Origin: Candidatus Bathyarchaeota archaeon
GTDB taxonomy: Archaea > Thermoproteota > Bathyarchaeia > Hecatellales > Hecatellaceae
Assembly: GCA_052246995.1 (NCBI GenBank)
Contig: JBQPWD010000003.1
Span: 96,001 to 160,000 of the forward strand
Reading direction: 5' to 3'
Length of the DNA stretch: 64,000 nt
This document shows positions 28,769-37,645 of the stretch, one piece after another. The notes beneath the pieces were generated by a model, which ran no database searches, was not told the DNA's origin, and saw only the letters and a program-made list of their open reading frames with translations. The position numbers and the translations under genes were made by a program. Numbering within the stretch: position 1 is the first letter of the stretch; each line of letters starts with the position of its first letter.

Positions 28769-30070
28769 ATGGAGGATGGACAAGTGAATTTGGTAAAATT
28801 AACATGTACAGGATGCTCGCTTCTATGTGAGGATGTGAATGTTGTTTTTGATGGTAAAGGTAATGTGAAGAATGTTTTTGGTATGTGTAAGGTTGGGTTT
28901 GAGAGGTTTAAACATACCAGCTTGAATAGTAGGTTGACAAGTTCAGCTATCAGGGAGGAGGATAAATCTGTAAATATCTCGGTTGATGAGGCAGTTGAAA
29001 AGGTTGCTGAAATGCTTAAAGCCTCAAAAAAACCTTTACTTTATGGTTGGGGTTATTGTTCCTGTGAAACTGTAAAGCTTGGTATAGATATTGCAAGAAA
29101 GCTTAATGGTGTTTTTGATTCTCAAGCAAGCAAGGGATACTGGTATGCATATATGCAAGCTAAAAACTATGAAAGCGTTGACAATGTTCTTGAAAAAACT
29201 CTTGATTATGCCAACCATGTGGTGTTTTTGGGTTTTAATCCAGCTGAAACCCATCCTAGGCATGCTAGTAGATACTCTATTTTTCCTAGAGGGGCTGGAG
29301 TTGAGAAGGGGGTTGAGGGTAGAAGTATAACTGTCGTTGATAGTGAAACTACAAAAACCTCTAGGATAGCCCATAACAGGTTTATACTTGAAGCTGAGGA
29401 CCAGTTAAAACTTATTAAAGCTGTTGGTGGTAGGCTTAAAGGAGAAAAGCCCATAATAAACGTTCCAAACGTATCTGAGGTAAAACTTTTAGAGCTTGTT
29501 AAAGACTTTAAAAGCTCAAACTACGTTTCAATCTTTTATGGTTCAAGTTTTTTCGAGGGTGGAGATTACAGGTTAAAGGTTGATACAATCTACCAGCTTG
29601 TTGAAAAAATAAGGGATGTTAACGTTAAATGTACAGCTTTACCCATGCCAAAACCATACAACATGGTTGGTGCTGTTAAAACAACCTTAACGGAAACAGG
29701 TTATCCATGTGCGGTGGATTTTTCGGGTGATGGTGAAAAGTTTAACGTTGAAAAAAACTCTGTTTTAAACATGGTTGTTAATGGTGAGGTTGATTTAGCT
29801 TTAATTGTAGGCTCAAACATCTTTACAGAACTTTCAAGGCTTGCACGTAAAAGCTTTATGAAGATACCTCTTATCGTTCTAGATTTTGTTGAAAGTTTAA
29901 CCGTTAAAAACTCTGGAATTTACATAGCTCCAGCCATAACAGGTTTTGAAGCGGGTGGAACAGTTTACAGGGTTGATGAAAAAAGAATTCAACTTGCTCC
30001 CCCATTTAAACCACCAGAAAACATTTTATCCGATGAAGACTTTTTATCGCGGCTCTACAAAAAAATTTGA
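28769..30070 (+). CDS. Formylmethanofuran dehydrogenase subunit B-like protein, catalytic residues absent
   Basis: CTGCSLLCED..C, PLLYGW, NP..THPRHASRYS.FPRG and G.EAGGTVYRVD match FwdB; SVCH is replaced by SKGY and MRGHYN by MPKPYN. Confidence 0.85.
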   Translation: MEDGQVNLVKLTCTGCSLLCEDVNVVFDGKGNVKNVFGMCKVGFERFKHTSLNSRLTSSAIREEDKSVNISVDEAVEKVAEMLKASKKPLLYGWGYCSCETVKLGIDIARKLNGVFDSQASKGYWYAYMQAKNYESVDNVLEKTLDYANHVVFLGFNPAETHPRHASRYSIFPRGAGVEKGVEGRSITVVDSETTKTSRIAHNRFILEAEDQLKLIKAVGGRLKGEKPIINVPNVSEVKLLELVKDFKSSNYVSIFYGSSFFEGGDYRLKVDTIYQLVEKIRDVNVKCTALPMPKPYNMVGAVKTTLTETGYPCAVDFSGDGEKFNVEKNSVLNMVVNGEVDLALIVGSNIFTELSRLARKSFMKIPLIVLDFVESLTVKNSGIYIAPAITGFEAGGTVYRVDEKRIQLAPPFKPPENILSDEDFLSRLYKKI

Positions 30071-30089
30071 AATTTACAGTCTTCTTTTT

Positions 30090-31073
30090 TCAAACCAACT
30101 TTACCCCTGAATACGGGTTGTTTATTTTTAGTTGCGGGTTTGCAGGTATTGCGCAGCATGCACCATAAAAGTTGACTTTATACCCTTCTTTTCTAGCATG
30201 GTTGTAAATATTTTTTGACGGTATGGCTATACCCGACACTCCAGCGTTAAAAGTTAAAACCTCAACTTTTTCCTTTATTATGCCCTTACCCTTGGCGCAT
30301 CCAAGAATTGTTGGAACCTCGGGTAACATTAACCTTGCAGCTGCAACTATCCTTGCAACATCTAAAGGATTAATCATAACATTTTGCATAAATGTTCCAG
30401 GTATTGGTGTTAAAGCTGTTACAACAACTATTGTAGGCTTAATTTTTGAAATCATTTTTAAGGCTTTAGCTTCACCTTTAATTTGACCAAAGTCTAAGCC
30501 TACACAAACATGTGGGGATATAATTTTAAATCCAGCCTCCTCGGCAGCTTTAAGGGTTTCTAGGTATTTGTTTGTGTCAACCTTAAAACCATAAACCCTT
30601 TTAACAGTTTCAGCTGAACCTACAACATCCAAAGCTACGCCATCAATTCCACAATCTACCAAGTACATAGCTTTTTCCAAGGTTAGGAAGCCCGTATGGG
30701 CTAAAATTGTTAAACCTGTTTCTTCCTTGATTTTTTTAATAGCTTTACCATACCTTTCAATAGGAACCGTAAAGTTTGGTAGGCAGCCTCCGCTAACCAG
30801 AAATCCTTTAACATTTTCATGCTTAAATTTTAAACATATTTTTAGAAGTTTTTCAGGTGTTTCAGCGTGAAGCATCATACTTAAAAGTTTACGTTGGCAA
30901 TGTAAACAGTTTAAAGAGCAGAAGTTTCCAGTTATTGATATTGCTGGGAAAAAACTTGATGTAATGTAGAAGTTTATCTTTTTACCAAAAAGCATATTCG
31001 CATCTTTCCTGATTTTAGAAAAAATGTTTTGAAGAGAGTCATCCTCACTACTAAAAACTTTTTCCAGCTGCAA
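30090..31073 (-). CDS. Radical SAM protein, archaeal lipoyl synthase LipS1-like
   Basis: SITGNFCSLNCLHC, LVSGG, PHVCVGL, LGCAK and C-terminal ACC; cotranscribed with a lipoate-protein ligase. Confidence 0.72.
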   Translation of the reverse strand: MQLEKVFSSEDDSLQNIFSKIRKDANMLFGKKINFYITSSFFPAISITGNFCSLNCLHCQRKLLSMMLHAETPEKLLKICLKFKHENVKGFLVSGGCLPNFTVPIERYGKAIKKIKEETGLTILAHTGFLTLEKAMYLVDCGIDGVALDVVGSAETVKRVYGFKVDTNKYLETLKAAEEAGFKIISPHVCVGLDFGQIKGEAKALKMISKIKPTIVVVTALTPIPGTFMQNVMINPLDVARIVAAARLMLPEVPTILGCAKGKGIIKEKVEVLTFNAGVSGIAIPSKNIYNHARKEGYKVNFYGACCAIPANPQLKINNPYSGVKLV

Positions 31074-31075
31074 CT

Positions 31076-31888
31076 TTAACTCTCCAACAAAAAGTTTTTA
31101 CTGATTTTTCCATGCTTTAAATCAAATTTATAAAGCCAAGTTTTTGACTGGTATTTTTGGTTAAGCTTTAAAGCTAAATTAAGCTCTTCAACTTTAAGAG
31201 TATCTTCAAAAAGTTGAATGTTTAATGTTTCTTCAAAACATGTTCGCAAAATTTTTTTAGCCTCCTCATACTCAACAGACCTCTTCAATTCTCTTTTAAT
31301 GCTGGTTAAACCATGCTCAGGATTTTTAGGATTTCCTGGAAGATTTTTTAAAGGATTTTTTAAAACCTTACACATGGTTTCATAGTCAAAATCAAGTAGA
31401 ATATCCCCGTTAACCATTATGAGATTTCCATTTTGAAATCCTGCATTACCTGAAATCTTTTTTCCGTTAGCTATTATTGCGTTAAGTTTTTCATCGTAGA
31501 ATGTATCTGTTAAACCTAACTTTTTAAGTGTTAAAACAATACTTTTAAGTAAAACTTTGTAGGCTTTTTCCATGGAAAACGGTATGTTTGAATGTTTAAC
31601 ATTAACTATAATTGAGTAGAGAAGCTGATTTAAATCGCAGTAAACAGTCCCTCCCCCAAGAATTCTTCTAACAATGCTAATTCCCCTACTTTTACATTCA
31701 TCAACATCAACCTCATCCAAAACATTTTGATGATATCCAACATATACACATGGAGGGTTAACTCTCCAAAAAAGTATAGTGTTTGGTACTTTACCATGTG
31801 AACAGAAAAAGCCTACTGCTTCAAAAATGGATGCGCTGGTAAAGCCGTCGATGGTTTTAAGGTCTATAAGACGCCACATACAACTCAT
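31076..31888 (-). CDS. Lipoate-protein ligase A family (catalytic domain)
   Basis: VRRILGGGTVYCD, NGKKISGNA. Confidence 0.88.
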   Translation of the reverse strand: MSCMWRLIDLKTIDGFTSASIFEAVGFFCSHGKVPNTILFWRVNPPCVYVGYHQNVLDEVDVDECKSRGISIVRRILGGGTVYCDLNQLLYSIIVNVKHSNIPFSMEKAYKVLLKSIVLTLKKLGLTDTFYDEKLNAIIANGKKISGNAGFQNGNLIMVNGDILLDFDYETMCKVLKNPLKNLPGNPKNPEHGLTSIKRELKRSVEYEEAKKILRTCFEETLNIQLFEDTLKVEELNLALKLNQKYQSKTWLYKFDLKHGKISKNFLLES

Positions 31889-32067
31889 AACATTGTTTTA
31901 GTTAATAATTTCTTGCAAATATTTAAAATTGTTAAAAGTTTTCTCCAAAAAGACTTGAAAAGTTTATCGATAGGCTAAAATGTTTGATATGTAAGCTTTG
32001 GAGGTATTTTAACGATAAACCATTAATGTTTGTTAGGCTAGGTTAATATGTTGATGGTGTAAAGGTT

Positions 32068-32754
32068 TTGGTTTGTTTAAGGGAGAAAAATAGGGTTATT
32101 CACGCATTAGATGTTGAGGATAGGGATAAAGCTTTAAAGATTGTTAAAGCTGTTAAGGATTTCGTTGATGCGGTAAAGCTTTCCTACCCATTAATCCTTA
32201 TGAAAAGTTTAAAAATTGTTGGTGAAATTAAAGAACACTCAGACAATTTACCGTTAATCTTAGATTTTAAAGTTGCAGATATACCTTCAATCTGTGAAAA
32301 AATTGTGAATGTTTGCGGTAAAGCTGAGGCTAATGGAATTATCGTTCACGGCTTTATGGGTAGTGATTCCGTGAAAACATGTGTAGATGCTGCAAAAAAG
32401 TGGAACTTGGATGTTTATGTTGTTGTTGAAATGTCTCATCCAGGTGCGGTTGAATTTTTACAACCTGTAGGTGAAAAAATAGCTGAAATGGCTAAAAATT
32501 TGGGTGCTACTGGCATTGTTGCACCTGCAACAAGACCTGAAAGAATTAAAAGGTATAGGTCTATCGTAGGGGAAGAAATGATAATAATGTCTCCAGGTGT
32601 AGGTGTACAAGGTGGAAGAGTAGGAGATGCTATTCTTTATGGAGCAAACTTTGAAATTGTAGGCCGCTTAATATATGAATCACCAAACCCGAAAAAAACA
32701 GCCCAAGAAATAAACCAAAAGATTATGGAAGCTTACATGAAATTTAAACATTAA
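32068..32754 (+). CDS. pyrF: Orotidine-5'-phosphate decarboxylase
   Basis: DFKVADIP, EMSHPG, PATRPER, SPGVGVQGG, IVGR. Confidence 0.95.
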   Translation: MVCLREKNRVIHALDVEDRDKALKIVKAVKDFVDAVKLSYPLILMKSLKIVGEIKEHSDNLPLILDFKVADIPSICEKIVNVCGKAEANGIIVHGFMGSDSVKTCVDAAKKWNLDVYVVVEMSHPGAVEFLQPVGEKIAEMAKNLGATGIVAPATRPERIKRYRSIVGEEMIIMSPGVGVQGGRVGDAILYGANFEIVGRLIYESPNPKKTAQEINQKIMEAYMKFKH

Positions 32755-32850
32755 CGAAAGAATCAAAAACTTTAAGTTTGCAACTTAAATAAGCTTTCAC
32801 CATTCTAAGACTGCAAGCCTTATGCCTTAAAGTATAAACCATGTGCTTGT

Positions 32851-33507
32851 TTAAGCACTTACAGGCTGCTTTTCTAAAGCTTTTCTTATCTTTTTTAACT
32901 CCTCTAAAATCTCCAATCCTACATCCCGTGTTTCAAATGCTCCGAAAAGTGGTCTACCCCCTCACTATGTTAATTATCAAGTCTCTTATCTCAGTAAAGT
33001 TTGAGATTCCCCAAATTGTTGCTTCTGCACTTCTAGTCATTGGCCCGGCAGACCCGCCAGCTCGTCCAGTATATCCGGCTGTGTACACGTAAACTGATCC
33101 TAAACCAAACATCCTTGAAATAGGCCCCTGAATTATGTCTACGGACATGATACGTGAGTATGGAACAACATGTCTCATTTTCCACCATACCCCTCTCTCT
33201 CAACAACTACTTCACCCTTTTCAAGGGTAAAATAGATAGAATCGTAATACTTTGGAATCCAGTAAGCTATAAAACCGAAAATTGCAAACACTACGGCTAG
33301 TGGTATAAAGGTAAAAGGCCAAACCATGCTCCAAATTTGGGGTTCAAAAGTGAACACAACCAAAACTGGTAAAACTGTAGCAATAACTACTGGAATAGTT
33401 ACAAGCAAAAGATAAACACCATAAACCTTCTTCAAGTTTGGATGTGGCTTAAACTTCTCACCAACCTTCAACCTAACACCAAACAAACAAAATAATTCAG
33501 TTACCAT
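32851..33507 (-). pseudogene. Membrane-flanked bacterial PH-domain (YdbS-like) protein broken by two frameshifts
   Basis: Removing one GA from the (GA)n run near 33193-33201 gives VVVERGVWWKMRHVVPYSRI. Removing one G from the G5 run at 32957-32961 extends the frame to ..RGRPLFG..ILEELKKIRKALEKQPVSA*. Confidence 0.72.
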
Positions 33508-33623
33508 AATAAAGTTTATTCAAAAAGCTTTCAGCTTCAGTAAGCCACATTCCGTTGTTGCTGTTAACGGAAATTAATAAAAAAGCATTGTGGCAAACAG
33601 CCTAGAAACGTTTTTTTACTATT

Positions 33624-34838
33624 TTGAACATACTATCCCTAATGATCTTGGAGTTACCTAGGCGTGCGGAGCATTTTGGTGCAGTTCGATTTTATGACGT
33701 GCAGAGAGTTTACGAGCTAGATTCTGGTATGAAAAGATTTCCCACCAAGGCTAGGGAGGCAGTGGCAACTATATCAAGTGAGGATATAGGAAAAATTAAT
33801 CAGAAGATGGCGATAGTGGTTCCTATCAAAGACGAAAGGCTTAAACTTTTTGAGGGTGTTCTAAGCGGAATTCCTCACGATTGCCATGTAATTGTGGTTT
33901 CGAATAGTAGAAGGTCTCCTGTTGATAGGTTTATGATGGAAGTGCAACTACTGAAGCGATTTAATCACTTTGTGGGCGATGAGATTCTCGTAATACACCA
34001 ACAGGATCCGGGACTCTCGGAAGCTTTAAGAAACGCTGGTTTTGATTCCATCCTTGATGAAACGGGGTCTGTTAGAAGCGGTAAGGCTGAAGCCATGGTG
34101 ATAGGTATATTTCTGGCGAAGATGCTTGGTAAGGAATATGTTGGTTTCATAGATGCTGACAATTATTTGCCAGGCGCTGTCCACGAGTACGTTGAAATTT
34201 ATGCGGCTGGTTTCACTCAAGCCGAAAGCCCGTTTTCCATGGTTAGAGTTTCATGGGTTTACAAGCCCAAAATTAGAGAGGACGGGCTATTCTTCGTCAA
34301 ATTTGGAAGGGTTTCGGCGGTTTCTAATGATTGCCTTAATTTGTTGTTGTCAAGTTATACTGGTTTCGGGACAGATGTTATAAAGACCGCCAACTCAGGA
34401 GAGCATGCCATGAGCATGCAGTTAGCTGAGCTCCTGTATTACGCATCTGGGTTTGCTGCTGAAACATATGAGGTAGTTAACCTTATGGAGCAGTTCGGAG
34501 GAGTAATCCCAACTCCTTCTCAAGTTGCCTCTCAAGCTACATCATTAGGGGTTGATGTCTTTCAAGTAGAGAGTCGAAATCCTCACCTGCATGAAGAAAA
34601 GGGAGAAAGCCACATAAAAGAAATGCTTCTTTCATCTATAGGCGCAATATATCATTCCCAAATCTGCCCACCACCGTTGAAGGATAATATCGTCTCCATC
34701 TGCGCAAGACACGGCTTCAAAGTTGGGGAAGAAGAAATTCCGTGCCCAGTAAAGATTAGGCCTCCATGCGAGTTAGATATGAATAAATTTGCTGTTGAAG
34801 TACAGAAAAATTCCCAAACGTTAATGGAGTTAAAATAG
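33624..34838 (+). CDS. mpgS: Mannosyl-3-phosphoglycerate synthase
   Basis: EGVLSGIPHDC, RSGKAEAM, GFIDADNYLPGAVHEY, MVRVSW.YKPK, TANSGEHAM, RNPHLHEEKG. Confidence 0.93.
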   Translation: MNILSLMILELPRRAEHFGAVRFYDVQRVYELDSGMKRFPTKAREAVATISSEDIGKINQKMAIVVPIKDERLKLFEGVLSGIPHDCHVIVVSNSRRSPVDRFMMEVQLLKRFNHFVGDEILVIHQQDPGLSEALRNAGFDSILDETGSVRSGKAEAMVIGIFLAKMLGKEYVGFIDADNYLPGAVHEYVEIYAAGFTQAESPFSMVRVSWVYKPKIREDGLFFVKFGRVSAVSNDCLNLLLSSYTGFGTDVIKTANSGEHAMSMQLAELLYYASGFAAETYEVVNLMEQFGGVIPTPSQVASQATSLGVDVFQVESRNPHLHEEKGESHIKEMLLSSIGAIYHSQICPPPLKDNIVSICARHGFKVGEEEIPCPVKIRPPCELDMNKFAVEVQKNSQTLMELK

Positions 34839-34859
34839 CGACTGGAGGTTTAGAAAGCC

Positions 34860-35528
34860 ATATCAAGACTTGTAGCTTTTGACATGGATGGAACCCTCCT
34901 CAATGGAAGGGTCATTTATACCATAGGCCGCAAGCTTGGTTTCACATCTGAAATCGAAAAAATCGCCAAGTCCTCAAAGATTCCCTACGAGAGATCGCGA
35001 AAGATTGCAAAGCTTCTTAGAGGTTTAACCGTTTACGAGTTTACTGAAATAGTTAAAGCAATACCTCTTATGAAGGGTGCAGCGGAAACCGTTAAACTGT
35101 TGAGGGACAAAAACTACAAGGTTGGGATAATAAGCGATAGCTATACACTGGCAACGGAGATTGTTGCTCGTAGGCTAAAGATGGATTTTCACGTAGCAAA
35201 TATGCTAGAAGTGAAGAGCGGTGTTATAACAGGCTTTTTAAAAATGCCCATGGGTTGGGAAAAAATAGACTGTTATTGTAAGCAATCGGTTTGTAAACGT
35301 TACCACCTAATCAGTCTCGCAAAGGAGTACAACTTGAACCTATCTAAAACCGTTGCGATAGGCGATTCCATCGCTGACCTTTGCATGTTAGAAAGCGCCG
35401 GAATCGGAATACTATTCAACCCCAAAGACAATAATATCCCAAAGAATGTAGTAAGTTATGTAATACAGGGCAAAGACCTCCAGGCGATATTAGACTATTT
35501 AAACACCCACATGAACCCGCAACCTTAA
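34860..35528 (+). CDS. HAD-superfamily (SerB-like) phosphatase, candidate mannosyl-3-phosphoglycerate phosphatase
   Basis: LVAFDMDGTLL motif I begins upstream of the annotated ATG 34884; IISDS, IGDSIADL; GGAGG at 34844-48 precedes ATA 34860. Confidence 0.78.
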   Translation: MSRLVAFDMDGTLLNGRVIYTIGRKLGFTSEIEKIAKSSKIPYERSRKIAKLLRGLTVYEFTEIVKAIPLMKGAAETVKLLRDKNYKVGIISDSYTLATEIVARRLKMDFHVANMLEVKSGVITGFLKMPMGWEKIDCYCKQSVCKRYHLISLAKEYNLNLSKTVAIGDSIADLCMLESAGIGILFNPKDNNIPKNVVSYVIQGKDLQAILDYLNTHMNPQP

Positions 35529-35561
35529 GCAAAGCTTTAAAGATTCGCTTAAAAAATTAAG

Positions 35562-35635
35562 TGGACCGGGCGGGATTTGAACCCGCGACCTTCGGATTGC
35601 AAATCCGACGCGCATTCCAGCTGCGCCACCGGCCC
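35562..35635 (-). tRNA. tRNA-Ala (UGC), intronless, CCA not encoded
   Basis: Reverse complement GGGCCGG..TCGGA-TTTGCAA-TCCGA..GCGGG-TTCAAAT-CCCGC-CCGGTCC-A; G3:U70 pair and A73. Confidence 0.95.
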
Positions 35636-35763
35636 TACCTTAATTTTTTCATGGTATTTTAAATTAACTTTTTCCAGTTAAGAGGCTACCTTTATTTTTT
35701 GTTGGTTTACAAGTATAACATTAGTTTAATGTTTTCCTGCTTTACTTTATGTTAATGTTTCTT

Positions 35764-36192
35764 TCAACCCTCGTTTAAAAGTTTTTCAATTACTTGTTTA
35801 ACTTCGCTTTCAGGTAAAGCACCTATTATTCTTTCAACCTCAACACCATTTTTAAGGAATACTAGTGTTGGGATTGCTGTAATGTTGTACATTGAGGCTG
35901 TTTTCGGGTTTTGGTCAACGTCAACCTTTGCAAACACAACTTTTCCAGCGTATTGTTTTGCCAACTTATCTATGATTGGGGCAATAATCCTACATGGTGG
36001 ACACCATGTTGCCCAAAAGTCCACAACAACAAGCTTATGTGTGTCAACAAAAAGCTGAAAATTTTCATCATAAACATTAACAGGTTTACCTGAAGTGTTT
36101 TCACGACTTAATTGCTCAGATTTTTTAAATCTTTCCACAATCTCTTCAAGCTTTTTTCTTTTAATTTCTTCAAGCTCTCTATCTTCACTCAT
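35764..36192 (-). CDS. trxA: Thioredoxin
   Basis: VDFWATWCPPC, IPTL; archaeal N-terminal DRELEEIKRKKL helix; likely start at 36192. Confidence 0.92.
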   Translation of the reverse strand: MSEDRELEEIKRKKLEEIVERFKKSEQLSRENTSGKPVNVYDENFQLFVDTHKLVVVDFWATWCPPCRIIAPIIDKLAKQYAGKVVFAKVDVDQNPKTASMYNITAIPTLVFLKNGVEVERIIGALPESEVKQVIEKLLNEG

Positions 36193-36398
36193 TACCGCAT
36201 CAGCCCTACAAGTTTGAGAATTCTCAGTATAAAACAAGTTAAAGCTTAAGATTTAAACTTATTATATACCAGTTATCCTTTTAAATATTAGCAAAAAGCC
36301 TTTTCCGTGGTGGAAAAGGTTAATGGGCAGGAAAGACGTTAAAAAGGATGAGCCATTTTATTGAATATTGCTTCAAAGCCACCCATGAGGGGGGATAA

Positions 36399-36827
36399 TT
36401 GGTTACAGTTTACGATGTACCTGCAAACAGTTTAATAGAAAAAATTGCAGAATATTTACTGGAAAATGTTGAGGAAGTTAAACCTCCAAGCTGGGCTAGA
36501 TTTGTTAAGACTGGTTCCCATAGGCAACGTCCACCTGACAGGGATGATTGGTGGTACATTAGGTGTGCATCACTTCTAAGAAAATTGTACGTTAAAGGTC
36601 CTATTGGTCTTTCAAGGCTTAGAAGGATGTATGGTGGCAGAAAAACAGGTAAAATAAGGCCTGAACATCCTAGAAAAGCTGGTGGAGCTATAATCAGGAA
36701 AGCTCTTCAACAACTTGAAAAAGCAGGATTGGTTAAAGCTATATCGGGAAAAGGTAGAGTATTAACAGATGAGGGAAAAAGTCTTCTTGATAGGCTTGCA
36801 TTTGAAGTAAAAAGTAAGATGGGGTGA
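36399..36827 (+). CDS. rps19e: 30S ribosomal protein S19e
   Basis: [34 protein letters not shown]. Confidence 0.96.
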   Translation: MVTVYDVPANSLIEKIAEYLLENVEEVKPPSWARFVKTGSHRQRPPDRDDWWYIRCASLLRKLYVKGPIGLSRLRRMYGGRKTGKIRPEHPRKAGGAIIRKALQQLEKAGLVKAISGKGRVLTDEGKSLLDRLAFEVKSKMG

Positions 36828-36831
36828 AAAC

Positions 36832-37155
36832 TTGGCTGAGGAGGATGTTGAGCTTCAAAAATTAAAACAGCAAAGATTAGTAGAACTTCAAAGAAGAGCT
36901 GCGGAGGAAGAGGCTAAAGCCAAAATTGAAATGGAAAAGCAAGCAGCTTTAAGAGTAATACTTACACCTGAAGCAAGACAAAGACTTGCAAACATAAAAA
37001 TTGTTAGACCTGAATTTGCTGAAAAACTTGAGCTTCAACTTATTCAACTCGCCCAAACAGGTAGAATAAACCTGCCTATAACCGATGAACAGTTAAAAGA
37101 AATTTTAAGAAGAGTATCAGAGAAAAAAAGAGATTTTACAATTAGAAGAATTTAA
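36832..37155 (+). CDS. PDCD5/TFAR19-related DNA-binding protein
   Basis: [29 protein letters not shown]; conserved position after rps19e. Confidence 0.93.
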   Translation: MAEEDVELQKLKQQRLVELQRRAAEEEAKAKIEMEKQAALRVILTPEARQRLANIKIVRPEFAEKLELQLIQLAQTGRINLPITDEQLKEILRRVSEKKRDFTIRRI

Positions 37156-37167
37156 AGGGTGTAATTT

Positions 37168-37323
37168 TTGGCTAGAGTTAAAACTTTACCCAAAAAGCTT
37201 AGACTTGCAAAAGCCTACAAGCAGGCTAGACCTGTTCCGGCATGGGTTGTAGCTAAAACTATGAGAAAAGTTAGAAGAACTCCAACACAAAGACATTGGC
37301 GTAGAACTAAGATTAAGGTTTAA
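37168..37323 (+). CDS. rpl39e: 50S ribosomal protein L39e (51 aa, not in ORF track)
   Basis: TTG start: [51 protein letters not shown]. Confidence 0.95.
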   Translation: MARVKTLPKKLRLAKAYKQARPVPAWVVAKTMRKVRRTPTQRHWRRTKIKV

Positions 37324-37337
37324 AGGAGGTTTAATAA

Positions 37338-37643
37338 ATGTCTGCCAAAGAAAAAAGTGGCAGTGAAGAAAGATTTTACACAATACCTCTTAGAAGGGCA
37401 TGGGTTGCACCATTTCCTGAAAGAACACCTAAAGCAATAAGGACTCTAAAAAACTTTTTAAGAAGAAATTTGAAAACTGATAACTTTAAAATTGATGAAA
37501 GCTTAAACAAGATTATTTGGAGGAGAGGTATAGAAAAACCTCCAAGAAATGTAAGAGTAAAAATTGTTAAAAAGGATGATGTTTACGTTGTTTATCCATT
37601 AGAAGCTAAGGTTGAAGGAGAAGGTGAAGGTGGCGAAAGTTAG
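37338..37643 (+). CDS. rpl31e: 50S ribosomal protein L31e
   Basis: ERFYTIPLR, LNKIIWRRGIEKPP. Confidence 0.95.
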   Translation: MSAKEKSGSEERFYTIPLRRAWVAPFPERTPKAIRTLKNFLRRNLKTDNFKIDESLNKIIWRRGIEKPPRNVRVKIVKKDDVYVVYPLEAKVEGEGEGGES

Positions 37644-37645
37644 TT

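Noticed and set aside
29135-29137. Selenocysteine at the FwdB metal-ligand position
   Set aside because: The codon is GGA, not TGA, and the ORF has no in-frame stop.
32760-33620. att-site duplication of the tRNA-Ala 3' end
   Set aside because: No copy of the tRNA 3' sequence was found by eye.
37186-37383. 65-aa minus-strand ORF
   Set aside because: Antisense to the real rpl39e gene.
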